Part shown: piece by piece, positions 34,405 to 45,259 of the stretch
How positions within the stretch are numbered: position 1 is the first letter of the stretch
Layout: each line of letters begins with the position of its first letter
Source of the DNA: an uncultured Alphaproteobacteria bacterium
Lineage (GTDB): Bacteria > Pseudomonadota > Alphaproteobacteria > Rhizobiales > Hyphomicrobiaceae
Assembly (NCBI GenBank): GCA_963775035.1
Contig: CAVZHG010000014.1
Location: 2,850-66,849 of the forward strand
DNA: 64,000 nucleotides
Direction: 5' to 3'
Notes under the pieces: model-generated
Databases searched by the model: none
The model's input: the letters and a program-made list of their open reading frames with translations, nothing else
Told to the model about the DNA's origin: nothing
Translations under genes and position numbers: made by a program

Positions 34405-35058
34405 TCAACTACGGTCGACGGGACCTTGCGACTTGGGCGCCCTGGGCGCGCCCGGTACGGCGGCAGCGACCAGCCGAACCACAGCGCCATCCCGCGCACC
34501 GCGAAGCACACCAGGAAACCCGCGAGCAGCGCATTCGGCTCCGCAATCCCAAGCGTCCGGCCGCCGACATAGACCGCCGCGCCCGCCAGCGCCGCCGTAA
34601 CGTAGATTTCCTTGCGCAGCAGCACCGGCACTTCGCCGCCGAGGATGTCGCGGATGATGCCGCCGAACGTCGCGGTGACGACGCCCATGACGACGGCGAC
34701 GATCGGATTCGGCCACGACGTCGAGCGCGCGGTCGGCGCCGACGACGGCGAACAGCGACAGCCCGATCGCGTCGAACCACAGCAGCAGGCGGTAGCGCGA
34801 CTCCGGGAGATGCGCGGTGAAGAACAGGACCACGGCGACGATGACGCAGACGAGGATGTAAGCGGGCTCCTGCACCCAGAAGACGGGCAGCCGTCCGAGC
34901 AGCAGGTCGCGCACCGTGCCGCCGCCGACGCCGGTTACCGTCGCCAGCAGCGCGAAGCCGAAGACGTCCATTTCCTTGCGCGAAGCGACGAGAGCGCCCG
35001 TCGCGGCAAAGACGGCGATGCCGAACCAATCGATGGCGAAGAGGAGTGAGGCGTGCAT
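34405..35058 (-). CDS. Trimeric intracellular cation channel (UPF0126) family membrane protein (frameshifted)
   Basis: FAATGA...GGGTVRDLL and FGGIIRDIL internal repeats. Confidence 0.85.
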   Translation of the reverse strand: MHASLLFAIDWFGIAVFAATGALVASRKEMDVFGFALLATVTGVGGGTVRDLLLGRLPVFWVQEPAYILVCVIVAVVLFFTAHLPESRYRLLLWFDAIGLSLFAVVGADRALDVVAESDRRRRHGRRHRDVRRHHPRHPRRRSAGAAAQGNLRYGGAGGRGGLCRRPDAWDCGAECAARGFPGVLRGARDGAVVRLVAAAVPGAPRAPKSQGPVDRS

Positions 35059-35093
35059 GGTCGATTGAGCCGAAGGCTGGCTGGGGACCTTTT

Positions 35094-35124
35094 CCCCTTC
35101 TCCCCGTACTTCACGGGGAGAAGG
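35094..35124. repeat. REP/CIR-like palindrome
   Basis: CCTTCTCCCCG-TACTTCA-CGGGGAGAAGG, related to 38524 and 51468. Confidence 0.6.
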
Positions 35125-35258
35125 CGGAAGATTTGTAGCGGTCGAAGGCCGCGAGGTGAGACTGCGACCGGCGACGTAGTTCCGCGGCGCCAGTAGGCGT
35201 CGCACCGCAAGGGCGGGCCTCTGGCGCAGGCTGTTGCGGACCGCGGCAAAATCAAGCC

Positions 35259-35630
35259 CTACCTACCCACGACAGCCAGTGCTTTCGCTCCGCCCGCACC
35301 CTGCTGCCGCGCGACGAGTGCGGCCTGGTCGCGCTCGCGGGCGAGACGATCGGCCTCTGCCTGCCAGCGCAACGCTTCCTGGGCACGGCGGCGCGCGGTG
35401 CGGCGCCATCGGCTTTGCGTCATCCACGTCGCGGTGCCGCCGAGCGCCACGCCGATCACCAGGGCAATCAGCAGGTAGGCGTAGAACGGCAGATCGATCG
35501 AGAGCACGGGATCTTCGGGACGGAACGGGTCGAGGACCAGCCGCACGGCGTGGCGGTTGGCCACCGCCAGCGTCACCAGGATCGCGGCCGCGGGGAAGGC
35601 CACCAGCAGCCACACAATTCGCCTCAGCAC
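35259..35630 (-). CDS. LapA-like (DUF1049) membrane protein
   Basis: Two TM segments with AVANR..V.L.LDPF; usual position downstream of ihfB. Confidence 0.75.
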   Translation of the reverse strand: MLRRIVWLLVAFPAAAILVTLAVANRHAVRLVLDPFRPEDPVLSIDLPFYAYLLIALVIGVALGGTATWMTQSRWRRTARRRAQEALRWQAEADRLARERDQAALVARQQGAGGAKALAVVGR

Positions 35631-35735
35631 GGCGTCACCCTCCGAGCGGAACCGGGCACGAGCGCCCCTTCACGCGATCCATTGTTCCTTAGCCGCGCGC
35701 CCCGATCCGAGACGCCCCGACTCCGACCCGCGCCG

Positions 35736-36020
35736 TCAAGCGCCGTCGTTGAGCCGCTCGCGCAGTTCCTTGCCGGTCTTGAAGAACGGCACGAACTTCT
35801 GGCCGACCGACACCGTCGCGCCGGTACGCGGGTTGCGACCCGTGCGCGGCGGCCGGTGCTTGACCGTGAAGGCGCCAAACCCGCGCAGCTCGACCCGATC
35901 GCCGCGCGCCAGCGCCTCGACGATCTCGTCAAAGATGACATTCACGATGCGCTCGATGTCGCGATGAAACAAATGCGGATTTGCGCCCGCAATCTTCTGT
36001 ATAAGTTCCGACTTGATCAC
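35736..36020 (-). CDS. ihfB: Integration host factor beta subunit
   Basis: [37 protein letters not shown]. Confidence 0.97.
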   Translation of the reverse strand: MIKSELIQKIAGANPHLFHRDIERIVNVIFDEIVEALARGDRVELRGFGAFTVKHRPPRTGRNPRTGATVSVGQKFVPFFKTGKELRERLNDGA

Positions 36021-36140
36021 TGCCGCCTCGCTCCCCGTCTCGCTCCCAAGTCAACTTTATTGAAATTCATCGATTTTCCAAAGGCTGCCAAACTGCAACA
36101 AGGCCGTCAAGCTGCAACGTCGCGATTGCCCGCTGCTCGA

Positions 36141-37042
36141 TCAGCCGGATGATTGCCTCCGTCGACGGACCACCGATCCAGCGCACGACCGCCAGAGCCG
36201 TATCCCCGAGCAGGCCGAACGCGGGTTCACGCGGCGGCTTCCAGTCGACGATCTTGAGGTTCTTGGTGACGCCGCGGGTGTCTTCGAGCCAGCGCTGGGC
36301 CTCGTCCTCGCCGCCGAGCCGGTCGACGAGCTTGTGCGGCGAGCGCCTCGCGTCCCGAATAGATGCGGCCGTCCTTGAGGCCGGGAACAGCCGCCGCGTC
36401 GATGCCGCGGCGCTCGGAAACCAGCCCGATAAACCAGCGGAACGATTCCTGGATCATCTCCTGGGCGACGGCCTTGCTGGCCTCGTCGGCGGGCTCGAAG
36501 GGCGACGGACTGGCCTTGAGCGGACCGCTCTTGACCGTGTTCATCTTGACGCCGACCTTGCCCAGCAGCTCGGAGAACTCCGCCCACTGGAAGATCACGC
36601 CGACCGATCCGGTGATCGTATTGCCGCGCGCGACGATGTGGTCGGTCGCCAGCCCCGCGATGTAGGCGGCCGAGGCCGCGACGGTGCCGAACTGCGCGAC
36701 GACCGGCTTCTTTGCCGACACCTTGCGGATGGCGTCGTAGACGGCTTCGCCGCCCGTCGTCGTGCCGCCGGGGCTGTTGATGAACAGGATCAGCGCCTCG
36801 ACGTTTCGAGCGTCGGCGACCTTCTCGAGGAGTTCGAGCTGCTTCCTGTCCTCGGTGATGATCCCTTCGATGCTGATGCGGGCGATCTGCCGGCTCTCGC
36901 CGATCATGCTGGAGGTGCCTCTGCCGAACTGGACCAGCGCACCGACCGCCAGCGCCACCGCCAGAACGGCCAGCCCCCGCCACAGGGAAGCGCGACGTCT
37001 AAGATTTCTGCGATCCAGGACGGCCTCGGTTTCAAGCGACAT
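36141..37042 (-). CDS. sppA: Signal peptide peptidase SppA (frameshifted near the 3' end)
   Basis: INSPGG, AASAAYIA, TITGSVGV. Confidence 0.9.
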
Positions 37043-37337
37043 GGGCAGCAACTCTTTGGGTTGATCGCGGCGCCGTGCGGATAAGTTGAGCACTGCACAG
37101 ACGAGCCGGATTGTTCAGTTGCCGCAATGTAGTACCGGCGCCGACCGAAGAGCAAGCGCGCCCTCCGTGGGCTGGTTGACGAAGGCTTGCCATTCAGCGT
37201 CGTTCATTCCGCCAGCCACGAACCGCCGCCAAATCGCCGCGCCGCCCCCGCAATCCCTCCGAAATAGCGCCGGGAATATTCAGGTTGGCTGCGTGCTCCA
37301 CCGCGCTTTTCCGCGCGCAGTCAGGGAGAGAAACCCG

Positions 37338-38488
37338 ATGCTTTTTCGCTTTGCCGCCCCAATCGCTTTTGCTGCCGCCACGCTCGGCGGATCGCTTCTT
37401 CGGCTTCGACCCAGCCGGCGCCGCGCCCGATGCCGGCCTGAAAATCTCGGAGCCGGTGCTGCACGAAAACCTCGCGATCTACCTCGTGCGCGGGCCGTCC
37501 ACCCCGGGCGCCGTCGCCGGCAACGCTCGAGGAGGCGCTGCTCAAGAACACCATCATCGTGCACGAGACCGGCAGCGTCAGCGAACTCCAGATCGAGAAT
37601 ACCGGCAACGAGCCGGTCTTCATCCAGTTCGGCGACATCGTCAAAGGTGGCCGGCAGGATCGCGTGCTGACGACGAGCCTGCTCGATTCCGCCGAACTCG
37701 GGCAAAGTGGCCATCGGTGCCTATTGCGTCGAGCAGGGCCGCTGGTCGAAGCGCGGGATCGAGGACGTCACGCGGTTCTCGGCGTCGAATGCGCAGATCT
37801 TCTCGCGCGAGGCGAAAGTCGCGATCGCGCGGGCGCCGATTGCAGCAGAAGCACGCCGCGCCTCGCCGCCGACCGACGTTGCGCGCCCGACGCAGCTCCT
37901 CCGATCGCGCCGACATCGAGCGGCGCATCCGTAACTCCGCTCAGCGCCAGGCAGTGCTGCAGGGCGGGTCGAGCGGCCAAGGCGAAGTCTGGCGTAGCGT
38001 CTCCTCGGTGCAGGGACTGCTCGGCGAAAAGCTCGCTGCCCCCGTCGCCTCCGAGGAATCGCGCACAAGCCTCCAGCTCACCCTCGAGAACGAACGCCTG
38101 AAGGCAGCGCAGCAAGGGTTCATCACGGCGCTCGAGCCGAAGGGCCTCGACGGTGACGACATCATCGGCGTCGTGCTCGCAGTCAACGGCAAGATCGCGA
38201 GCGCCGACATCTACCCATCCAACGGTCTCTTCCGGAAGATGTGGCCGAAGCTGATCCGCGCCGCAGCGACGGACGCCTTCGCCCATCGGGTCGATGCCGC
38301 GCCGGCCGCCCCGACCGTCGACGCTCGCCGAGACGTTCCTGGCTGATGCGCAGAAAGGCGAAGTCAGCGAGCGCGCGCTCGCCGACATCGCGCTGCATCA
38401 GACGCGGCAAAGCCCGAATGTGCTGGCAGTCGAGGCGCGGACGGCAAAAGGCGCCTGGATCCACCGCAACTTCCTGTCGGCGAAGTAG
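37338..38488 (+). CDS. Secreted DUF6569/ARPP-1-like protein (several frameshifts)
   Basis: Signal peptide; HENLAIYLV, VSELQIEN, GDIVKGGRQDR, YCVEQGRW, GVVLAVNG..ADIY. Confidence 0.55.
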
Positions 38489-38523
38489 CGCCTCCGTCTC
38501 AGGCGGACAGAAAATGTGGAGAT

Positions 38524-38608
38524 CCCTCGCCCCGTTCCGACGGGGCGAGGGCAGGATGGGGGGCGGTTTCGAACACGCCATCATGTGCCGGTCGCCCCTC
38601 ACTCCGCC
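38524..38608. repeat. REP/CIR-like palindrome between convergent genes
   Basis: CCCTCGCCCCG-TTCCGA-CGGGGCGAGGG followed by GGATGGGGG...CCCCTCACTCC. Confidence 0.55.
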
Positions 38609-38635
38609 GTTTCCTATTCTCTCAAACAAACAACA

Positions 38636-40198
38636 TCACGCCGCCGCTGGCCGCGCGGCGCTGGCACGCTTGAGCTTGAGCGGATTTTTCATGAACAGCA
38701 GCGCCGGCATGCACGCGAGGATGACGAACGTGATGAGCTGGAAATCGGCGATGTAGGCGAGCAGCTTCGATTGCTGCAACACCGTCCGCTCGATCGCGGC
38801 GAGCCCCGCCAGGCGTGTCCAGGCCCCAGGGTGCCGGCAGAATGATGTGCCGCAGCGTTTCGTTGTCCGGCGTCACGTGCTCGGTCAACAACTCATGATA
38901 GCTCTGGCTCGAGCGCACGAGATAGCTCGAGAACAGCGCCACGCCGAGACTGCGGCCGATATTGTTGACGAGCGAATAGAACGACGTGCCGGCATCGCGC
39001 AACTCCGGTGAGAGCGTCGTGAAGGCGAGCGAGTTCAGCGGCACCATGAAGGCGCCGAACGCCAGTCCCTGAACGAAATTGTTGATCACGAAGACGGTCA
39101 TGTCGATGTCTTCGGTGAAGGTCGAGATCTGCCACATGGTGCCCGCGATCATCATCATCGAGGCCGCAATCAGCTTGCGCGGATCGATGTAGGGCAGCAG
39201 GTAGCCGACCAGGAACGACGCGATCATGGTGCCGGCACCGCGCGGCGCCATGGAGTAGCCGCTGAGCAGCGGCGGATAGCCGCCGATGTCCTGGACGAAC
39301 GGCGGCATCAGCACGAGACTGCCGAAGATGATCAAGCCGAACAGCGTCCTCAACACCGTGCCGGCGAGGTAGTCGCGGTCCTTGAACAGGACCGGCTCGA
39401 TGAAGGGCGTGCTGGTCGTGAACACGTTGACGAGGAACAGCCAGAAGGCCGCGAACCCGACCAGCGTGAGCGGTGATGATCGTCGGCGAATTCGAACCAG
39501 TCGTAGCGCTCGCCGCGATCGAGGATGAACTGCAACGACGCGATGGCGATGCCGAGCGTGATGAAGCCGAAATAATTGAACTTCTGGTACTGGCGGACAC
39601 CCGTGCGCGGCACGATGAAGGCCGTCATGAAGAACGCAACGATGCCGATCGGCAGGTTGATGAAGAACGCCCACCGCCACGTCAGATACTCGGTGACAAA
39701 GCCGCCGATGGTCGGCCCGAACATCGGCCCGAACATCATGCCGACGCCCCACCACGCCATGGCGACGCCGAGCTTCTCGCGCGGATAGACGTACAGCAGC
39801 GACGACATGCCGAGCGGCAGCAGCGCCGAGCCGAAGAAGCCCTGGACGGCCCGCCAGACGAGGATTTCGTTGAGCGACGTCGAGAGGCCGGCGAGCATCG
39901 CGGCGCTGGTGAAACCGACGATCGAGCCGAGCATCAGCCGCTTGCGGCCGTACATGCCGCCGAGCACACCCCACACCGGCGTGAACACGGTCAGCGTGAT
40001 GAGGTAGGAGGTAATGACCCACGCGATCTGGTCCTGGGTCGCGGAGAGCTCGCCCTGCATGGAGCGCAGCGCGATCGCCACGGTCGCGGTGTCGAACACC
40101 TGCACCAGCGGCCCGAGGATCAGCGCCACGGTGATCAGCAGCAGCCGCGTGCCGCTGTAGACCACGGGGCCGCCCGCTGGTGCCGCTGTCGCCGTCAT
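38636..40198 (-). CDS. DHA2 (EmrB/QacA) MFS efflux permease (frameshifted)
   Basis: DTATVAIAL..MQGEL, WVITSYL, GPTIGG, WRWAFFINLPIG. Confidence 0.85.
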
Positions 40199-40199
40199 G

Positions 40200-41416
40200 G
40201 CGTCGGCTTGGTGGCTGATTGGGGACGGCGACTGGGGCGGTGACTGGGGCGGGACTTCGGCGCCTGCTCGGCAGACGCCCCCTGTCCGCCGAACGATGCT
40301 CCGCACCCAATTTCGGCATCGGACGGCTGTGCTCGGTATCGATCTCGACGATGACGCTCATGCCGGCGCGCAGTGCGGGCGCGTCCACCGCGCCCTCGAG
40401 CCGCAGCCGGACGGGCAGCCGCTGGACGACCTTGACCCAGTTGCCGGTCGCGTTCTGCGGCGGCAGCAGGGCGAATTCGGCGCCCGTCGCCGGGCTGATG
40501 CTGGCGACGATCGCAGTGCGGGGGCCATCGGGGAACATATCGACGTGGACCGTGGCGCGCTGGCCGACCTTCACGAACGTCAGGTCGGTTTCCTTGTAGT
40601 TGGCCTGGATCCAGACGTTTTCGGTGGCGACGATGCTGAATACGGTGACGCCGGCGGTCACGTACTCGCCCGGCTGCAGATCGAAGTTGGTGACGATGCC
40701 GTCGACCGGCGCGTGCACCTCGGTGTGCGAAAGATCGAGCGCGGCGCGATCGCGCAATGCGCGCGCCTCGCGCACCGACGGCTGCTCGTCGGCCGAGCGC
40801 GCGGGATCGCCGCCGAGCCGGGCGCGGACCTCAGCGATTTCCTGCGTGGAGATCAGGATCTGGTCGCGGGCGTTGCGCAGCGCGCGTTCCGCCGTATCCA
40901 TGCCGGACCGCGAGACGACGCCGGTGCGGGTCAGCGCGTCCTGGCGCTCGTGGTGCTGCTGCTGGTAGGCGAGATCGCCCTCGGCAAGCGTCAGGCGCGC
41001 GACCTTCTGGTCGTAGAGCGCGCGGACCGCCCCGACTTCCTGGATGGCGGCGGAAAGCTGCGCTTCGGCGCGGGCGAGCGCGATGCGCAACGGCTCGGGG
41101 TCGATGCGGAACAGCAGCGTGCCGCGCTTGACCATCTGGTCGGCATCGACAAAGACCTCGACGACGCGCCCCGAGATATCGGCGCTGACGACGATCTTGT
41201 CGGCCTTGACGTAGGCGTTATCGGTCGAAACGAAGCGGCCGCTCGCGAAGTAGAAGTAGCCGCCGACGAGCGCGGCCGCGATCGGCCCGAGGAGCGCGAT
41301 CGCCACGATCAGCGCGAACCGCCGCCGCTGTGCTGGCCGACGCACGCGCAACGTTTGATCCCGACGCCCATACCCGCGGCCTTGTCACGATCCGGCTCTG
41401 TCGCGCTCTTTTGCAT
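40200..41416 (-). CDS. HlyD/EmrA-family efflux adaptor (frameshifted, ends approximate)
   Basis: STDNAYV, ANYKETDL, FALLPPQNATGNWVKVVQRLPVR. Confidence 0.85.
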
Positions 41417-41425
41417 GGATGCGTC

Positions 41426-41905
41426 TCAGTCCTGGTCCTCGGTCTTGGGCCCGATCGGCTCGCGGGCTTCGAGAGCGGTCAGATTGCCCTTGATCTTGAG
41501 CAGCGTATCGATGAGCGCCTCGGACTCCTCGGTCGGAATGCCCTGCAGGACTTCCTTGCGATTGACGTTCGAGATGGCGCGCAGGCGATCGAGCACCGGC
41601 TGCACCTCGGGCTTGAGGTAGAGCCGCCAAGCGCGTCGGTCGCGGGGGTCGGCGCGGCGTTCGACGAAGTCCTTCTCGACGAGGCGATCGATGTGGCGGC
41701 CGAGCGAGATCGGCTCGATTTCCATGATTTCGGCAAGCGCGGTCTGGTTGATGCCCTCGCGGCGGCGAAGCTGCGTCAGCACCCGCCACTGCGCGCGGGT
41801 CAGGCCGATTTCGCGGGCGCGGGCATCGAAGCGGCGGCGCATCAGGCGCGAGACATCCGCCAGCAGGAAGCCCAGGGCACGCGTGAGAAAAGGATCTGTC
41901 GTCAT
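41426..41905 (-). CDS. MarR/SlyA-family transcriptional regulator
   Basis: GLTRAQWRVL, GINQTALA, DPRDRRA. Confidence 0.9.
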   Translation of the reverse strand: MTTDPFLTRALGFLLADVSRLMRRRFDARAREIGLTRAQWRVLTQLRRREGINQTALAEIMEIEPISLGRHIDRLVEKDFVERRADPRDRRAWRLYLKPEVQPVLDRLRAISNVNRKEVLQGIPTEESEALIDTLLKIKGNLTALEAREPIGPKTEDQD

Positions 41906-41926
41906 AAAACGGTAAAATATATACAA

Positions 41927-41941
41927 GGCTTATTATAAGCC
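41927..41941. promoter_or_regulatory. Palindromic candidate MarR operator
   Basis: GGCTTAT-T-ATAAGCC perfect palindrome about 20 bp upstream of the MarR start. Confidence 0.5.
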
Positions 41942-42008
41942 AGCACATACTTAGCCGTTTGAGACTGCGGTTAACGCATACCGGCCAGCATTTCCGCGCC
42001 GATCGGCC

Positions 42009-42752
42009 TCAACCGTCCTCGAATTCCGCCTCGTCTTCCACCTCGTGCCGGGGCGTCCCCTGCGCACCCCGGCTCCAGGTCCCCGGCCGCTTGAGAAAAT
42101 CATGGAGCGTCTTGCCGGTCTCCTGACGGAACTGGTCCGGGGTCATCTCGAACCCTTCGATACGGTCGAGCCGGAAGGTGCGGAAATCGGTGCGCAGCTC
42201 GCACCACGCAGCGAGGATCCAGACCGGGCCGAAATAGGCGAGCGACAGCGGCCGCACGGTGCGCTCGCTGCCTTGGCGCAGGATATCGGTATAGCGAAAC
42301 CGCACCTTCAGGCGGCTGCGGACGGCGCGGCGCAACTCAGCCAGATCGAACGAAATCGGCGCCATGTAGTGGGCGCAGGGCGCGAGCAGCGCCGTGTTCG
42401 CCATGTAGACTTTCAGCGCGTCGGGAATGACCGCCTCGATCTTGGAAATCGCGTGGGATGCGGCCTCGGCGAGTTCGGCGTCGGCCCAGCTCTCGACGAT
42501 CCGCGCGCCGAGCACCAGCGCCTCGATTTCCTGCTCCTTGAACATCAGCGGCGGCAGGTCGAAGCCGGCCTTGAGGACATAGCCGACGCCGGCCTCGCCC
42601 TCGATTGGGACGCCGCTGCTGATGAGGTCGCGCACGTCGCGGTAGATGGTCCGCTCCGAGACTTCCAGCGATTGGCTGAGCTCGCGCGCCTTCACGGTCG
42701 GCTTGCGCCGCATGTGCTGGATGATTTCGAAGAGGCGATCGGCTCGGCGCAT
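42009..42752 (-). CDS. YafY-family HTH-WYL transcriptional regulator
   Basis: MRRADRLFEII, SERTIYRD, GVPIEGEAGVGY, AWCELRTDFRTFRLDRI. Confidence 0.92.
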   Translation of the reverse strand: MRRADRLFEIIQHMRRKPTVKARELSQSLEVSERTIYRDVRDLISSGVPIEGEAGVGYVLKAGFDLPPLMFKEQEIEALVLGARIVESWADAELAEAASHAISKIEAVIPDALKVYMANTALLAPCAHYMAPISFDLAELRRAVRSRLKVRFRYTDILRQGSERTVRPLSLAYFGPVWILAAWCELRTDFRTFRLDRIEGFEMTPDQFRQETGKTLHDFLKRPGTWSRGAQGTPRHEVEDEAEFEDG

Positions 42753-42807
42753 GGCGCGTCTCCTGGGGTGTGTCGGCTGTCGCGTTCGCCCGCGTCCTAC
42801 CGCAACG

Positions 42808-42864
42808 CTCCTGACAGCACCCTGTCAGGAGCCTGGATTCCTCCTGACATAAGGCTGTCAGGGG
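42808..42864. promoter_or_regulatory. Two palindromic operator-like sites in the divergent WYL/DUF1127 promoter
   Basis: CTCCTGACAG-CACC-CTGTCAGGAG (42808-42831) and CTCCTGACA-TAAGGC-TGTCAGGGG (42841-42864). Confidence 0.7.
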
Positions 42865-42961
42865 ACTCTGGCAATGTCCTTTCAACGCCGAGCGGCAGGG
42901 CCAACCCGGGAGAACGCTCCCGGCCCGGCCACTCGGCGCAACAAACAGAACGACAGGAGAG

Positions 42962-43324
42962 ATGATCATGTTGCAGCTCGTACTGACACAGGCCCTGAAC
43001 CGGGCCGAGCAGAGCCGCCCCGGTTTAAGCACCCGGATCGCAACCTGGAGCCACGCTCAGTGGCAGGGCTACCAGGCGCGGCGGAAGTACCGGAAGACGG
43101 TCCGGACCCTCGGCGGCCTCGACGACCGGACCCTCCACGACATCGGCGTCCATCGCAGCGAGATCGAGTCCTACGCCTTGTACCGGCGGCACCGGGCGCT
43201 ACCCGGAGCGGTTTGCGACGAACGAAGCGTTTCCTCGCGGTTGAGCACGCGAGCACGGCCGCGCGCCCAGGCTAAAGCAACGGACTTGAAATTCACCTCG
43301 AACTCGAGGCTAGGCGGGGAGTGA
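42962..43324 (+). CDS. DUF1127 (YjiS-like) small protein; 3' end runs into a repeat element
   Basis: RRKYRKTVRTLGGLDDRTLHDIGVHRSEI; AGGAG RBS. Confidence 0.75.
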   Translation: MIMLQLVLTQALNRAEQSRPGLSTRIATWSHAQWQGYQARRKYRKTVRTLGGLDDRTLHDIGVHRSEIESYALYRRHRALPGAVCDERSVSSRLSTRARPRAQAKATDLKFTSNSRLGGE

Positions 43325-43437
43325 ATTTCAAGTCCAAAGTTGCTTTAGAACCCTATGACTTTAAAGCGTCTTTGGAACGTAAATGCGACATTGAGACCAA
43401 CCCAGGCGTGGGTCGCATTTATGGTCCGACGCTTTAG
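43272..43437. repeat. RIME/MITE-like double-hairpin element
   Basis: CTAAAGCAAC-GGACTTGAAATTCAC...GTGAATTTCAAGTCC-AAA-GTTGCTTTAG, then TAAAGCGTC...AAATGCGAC...GTCGCATTTA...GACGCTTTAG. Confidence 0.7.
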
Positions 43438-43523
43438 CCCTCCCCTGGGCGCGCGGCCGGTTATCCCCTCCGACAAGAAACATTGCCCACCGCCAGGCCG
43501 TCACACGCAAAAGGAACTCGCAC

Positions 43524-43903
43524 ATGATCAATCACGTCTCGATCGGCACCGCTGATATCGCGAAATCGCGCGCGTTCTACGACGCCGCGCTGAAGCCGCT
43601 CGGCTACAAATGCCTGAGCAAGGGCGAGAGCAGTGCGGGATACGGCAAGGAGAAAGTCGGACTTCTGGGTCCTGAACGCGCGCCGGCCGGTTGCGCCGAA
43701 TGCCGAATTCGGGGCTGCATCTGTGCTTCGACGCGCCGACGCGCAAGAGCGTCGATGCTTTCCACAAGGCGGCGCTGGCCGCCGGCGGGCAGGACAACGG
43801 CAAGCCCGGCCTGCGCGCCGACTACGGGGCGAACTACTACGCCGCCTTCGTCGTCGACCCCGACGGCTACCGGATCGAGGCCTACTGCGGCGCCGCGGAG
43901 TAG
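43524..43903 (+). CDS. VOC/glyoxalase family protein (frameshifted)
   Basis: MINHVSIG...FYDAAL; GGQDNGKPGLR..Y...YYAAFVVDPDGYRIEA. Confidence 0.85.
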
Positions 43904-43909
43904 CGGGAC

Positions 43910-44422
43910 ATGTCCGAGCAGACTGTGCGTCAGTTGTTCGATCGCTGGGAGCGGGTCTGGCACGAGGCGCAGCACGGCCTCGTCGGCGAGTGTGTGGCGC
44001 CGATCTATATTCGCCATGACGACTCTGGTACGCGCCGCGTAACGCCTGCGGACTACACCCTGGAGATCGCCGCCGCCCAGCGGGACAGGCCGAATACGCG
44101 CTTCGTCGTCTACGATCATGCCATTGGCGCGGACCGCGCGTGGTTCCGGTTCACGTTGACATGGAACGATGCGGCCAGCGGCGAGAAGCGAACGCGCGCG
44201 GGGATGCAGGTCTATCGGATCGAGGATGGCAGACTCGCGGAAACGTGGCTCACGCTGCTTGGCATGGGTTCGTCGTGGCCCGATACAGTTGCGCAGGAGC
44301 GCTGGACGAGCAAACGCGCTCCTGCCACGGGAGCAAGTTGGTTCATGATGATGCGACAGACCGGAGCAAGACGTGCCGCGGCGCAACCGCACGCGCCAGC
44401 ATTGACCGACCAGAGGAGTTGA
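43910..44422 (+). CDS. SnoaL/NTF2-like protein
   Basis: YIRHD...GMQVYRIEDGRLAETW. Confidence 0.6.
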   Translation: MSEQTVRQLFDRWERVWHEAQHGLVGECVAPIYIRHDDSGTRRVTPADYTLEIAAAQRDRPNTRFVVYDHAIGADRAWFRFTLTWNDAASGEKRTRAGMQVYRIEDGRLAETWLTLLGMGSSWPDTVAQERWTSKRAPATGASWFMMMRQTGARRAAAQPHAPALTDQRS

Positions 44423-44426
44423 GACC

Positions 44427-45016
44427 ATGAGCCGCGACGCCTTCCATGCCGACGAGCGGGAGGATCTGTTCGCGACCGAATTCGGGGCTTGCGGCATCGC
44501 ATGGAGCGACGCGGGCTGACACGACTGCAGCTTCCCGAGCGTGACGCGTCCGGCTACCGAGCGCCGGCTCGACTGCGGCGGGGCTCGCGCGAGCCGGACG
44601 CGGCGCCCGAATGGGTGTCGTCGGCGGTCGTCGCGCTGCAGCGACTACTTCGCCGGCCGGGCCGACGACTTTGCCGGCATCTGACTCGACCTCAGCGGCT
44701 GCAGCGACTTCCACCAAGCGCATCTACGAGGCGCTGCGCGAACGTCGGCTGGGGCAAGACCACGACTTACGGCGCGCTCGCCGCCGAGGTCGGTTCGCCC
44801 GACGCCGCCCGCGCGATCGGCCAGGCGATGGGCCGCAATCCGCTGCCGATCATCATGCCATGCCATCGCGTGCTCGCGAGCGGCGGCAAGATCGGCGGCT
44901 TTTCCGCACCCGGCGGCGCAACGACCAAGGAGCGCCTGCTCGTCCTCGAAGGCGTCGCGCGTCCGCGCCCCGAAACGCCGCCGCTGCTGGCGCTGCTGGA
45001 GCAGGGGCGGGGTTAG
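44427..45016 (+). CDS. ogt: Methylated-DNA-protein-cysteine S-methyltransferase (frameshifted)
   Basis: TYGALA, ARAIGQAMGRNP, PCHRV active site. Confidence 0.85.
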
Positions 45017-45018
45017 CG

Positions 45019-45048
45019 GTAGAGGTAGAGGTAGAGGTAGAGGTAGAG
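45019..45048 (+). repeat. (GTAGAG)5 hexamer tandem repeat
   Basis: Five perfect copies just after the ogt stop codon. Confidence 0.9.
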
Positions 45049-45259
45049 TTGAAAGGGGCGGTCGGACCGCCAGATAAATTGAATAGCTAGTATCCGGCGC
45101 GCAACATTTTCCGGCGGGCGTTACGGCTATGCATGTGGAGATACTTATTAATTTTTGAGTCGTGTGAGCGCCGGGGGGCTCTCAATGAGGCGTACTAAAA
45201 TCAGCTGAGCGCATGTGATAGTTGCCTAGGATTGCTCGCGCTCGCGGCTACTCGCAGGG

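Noticed and set aside
38622..41351. 909-aa ORF that looks like an EmrA-EmrB fusion
   Set aside because: The middle is out-of-frame text; indels join two separate genes.
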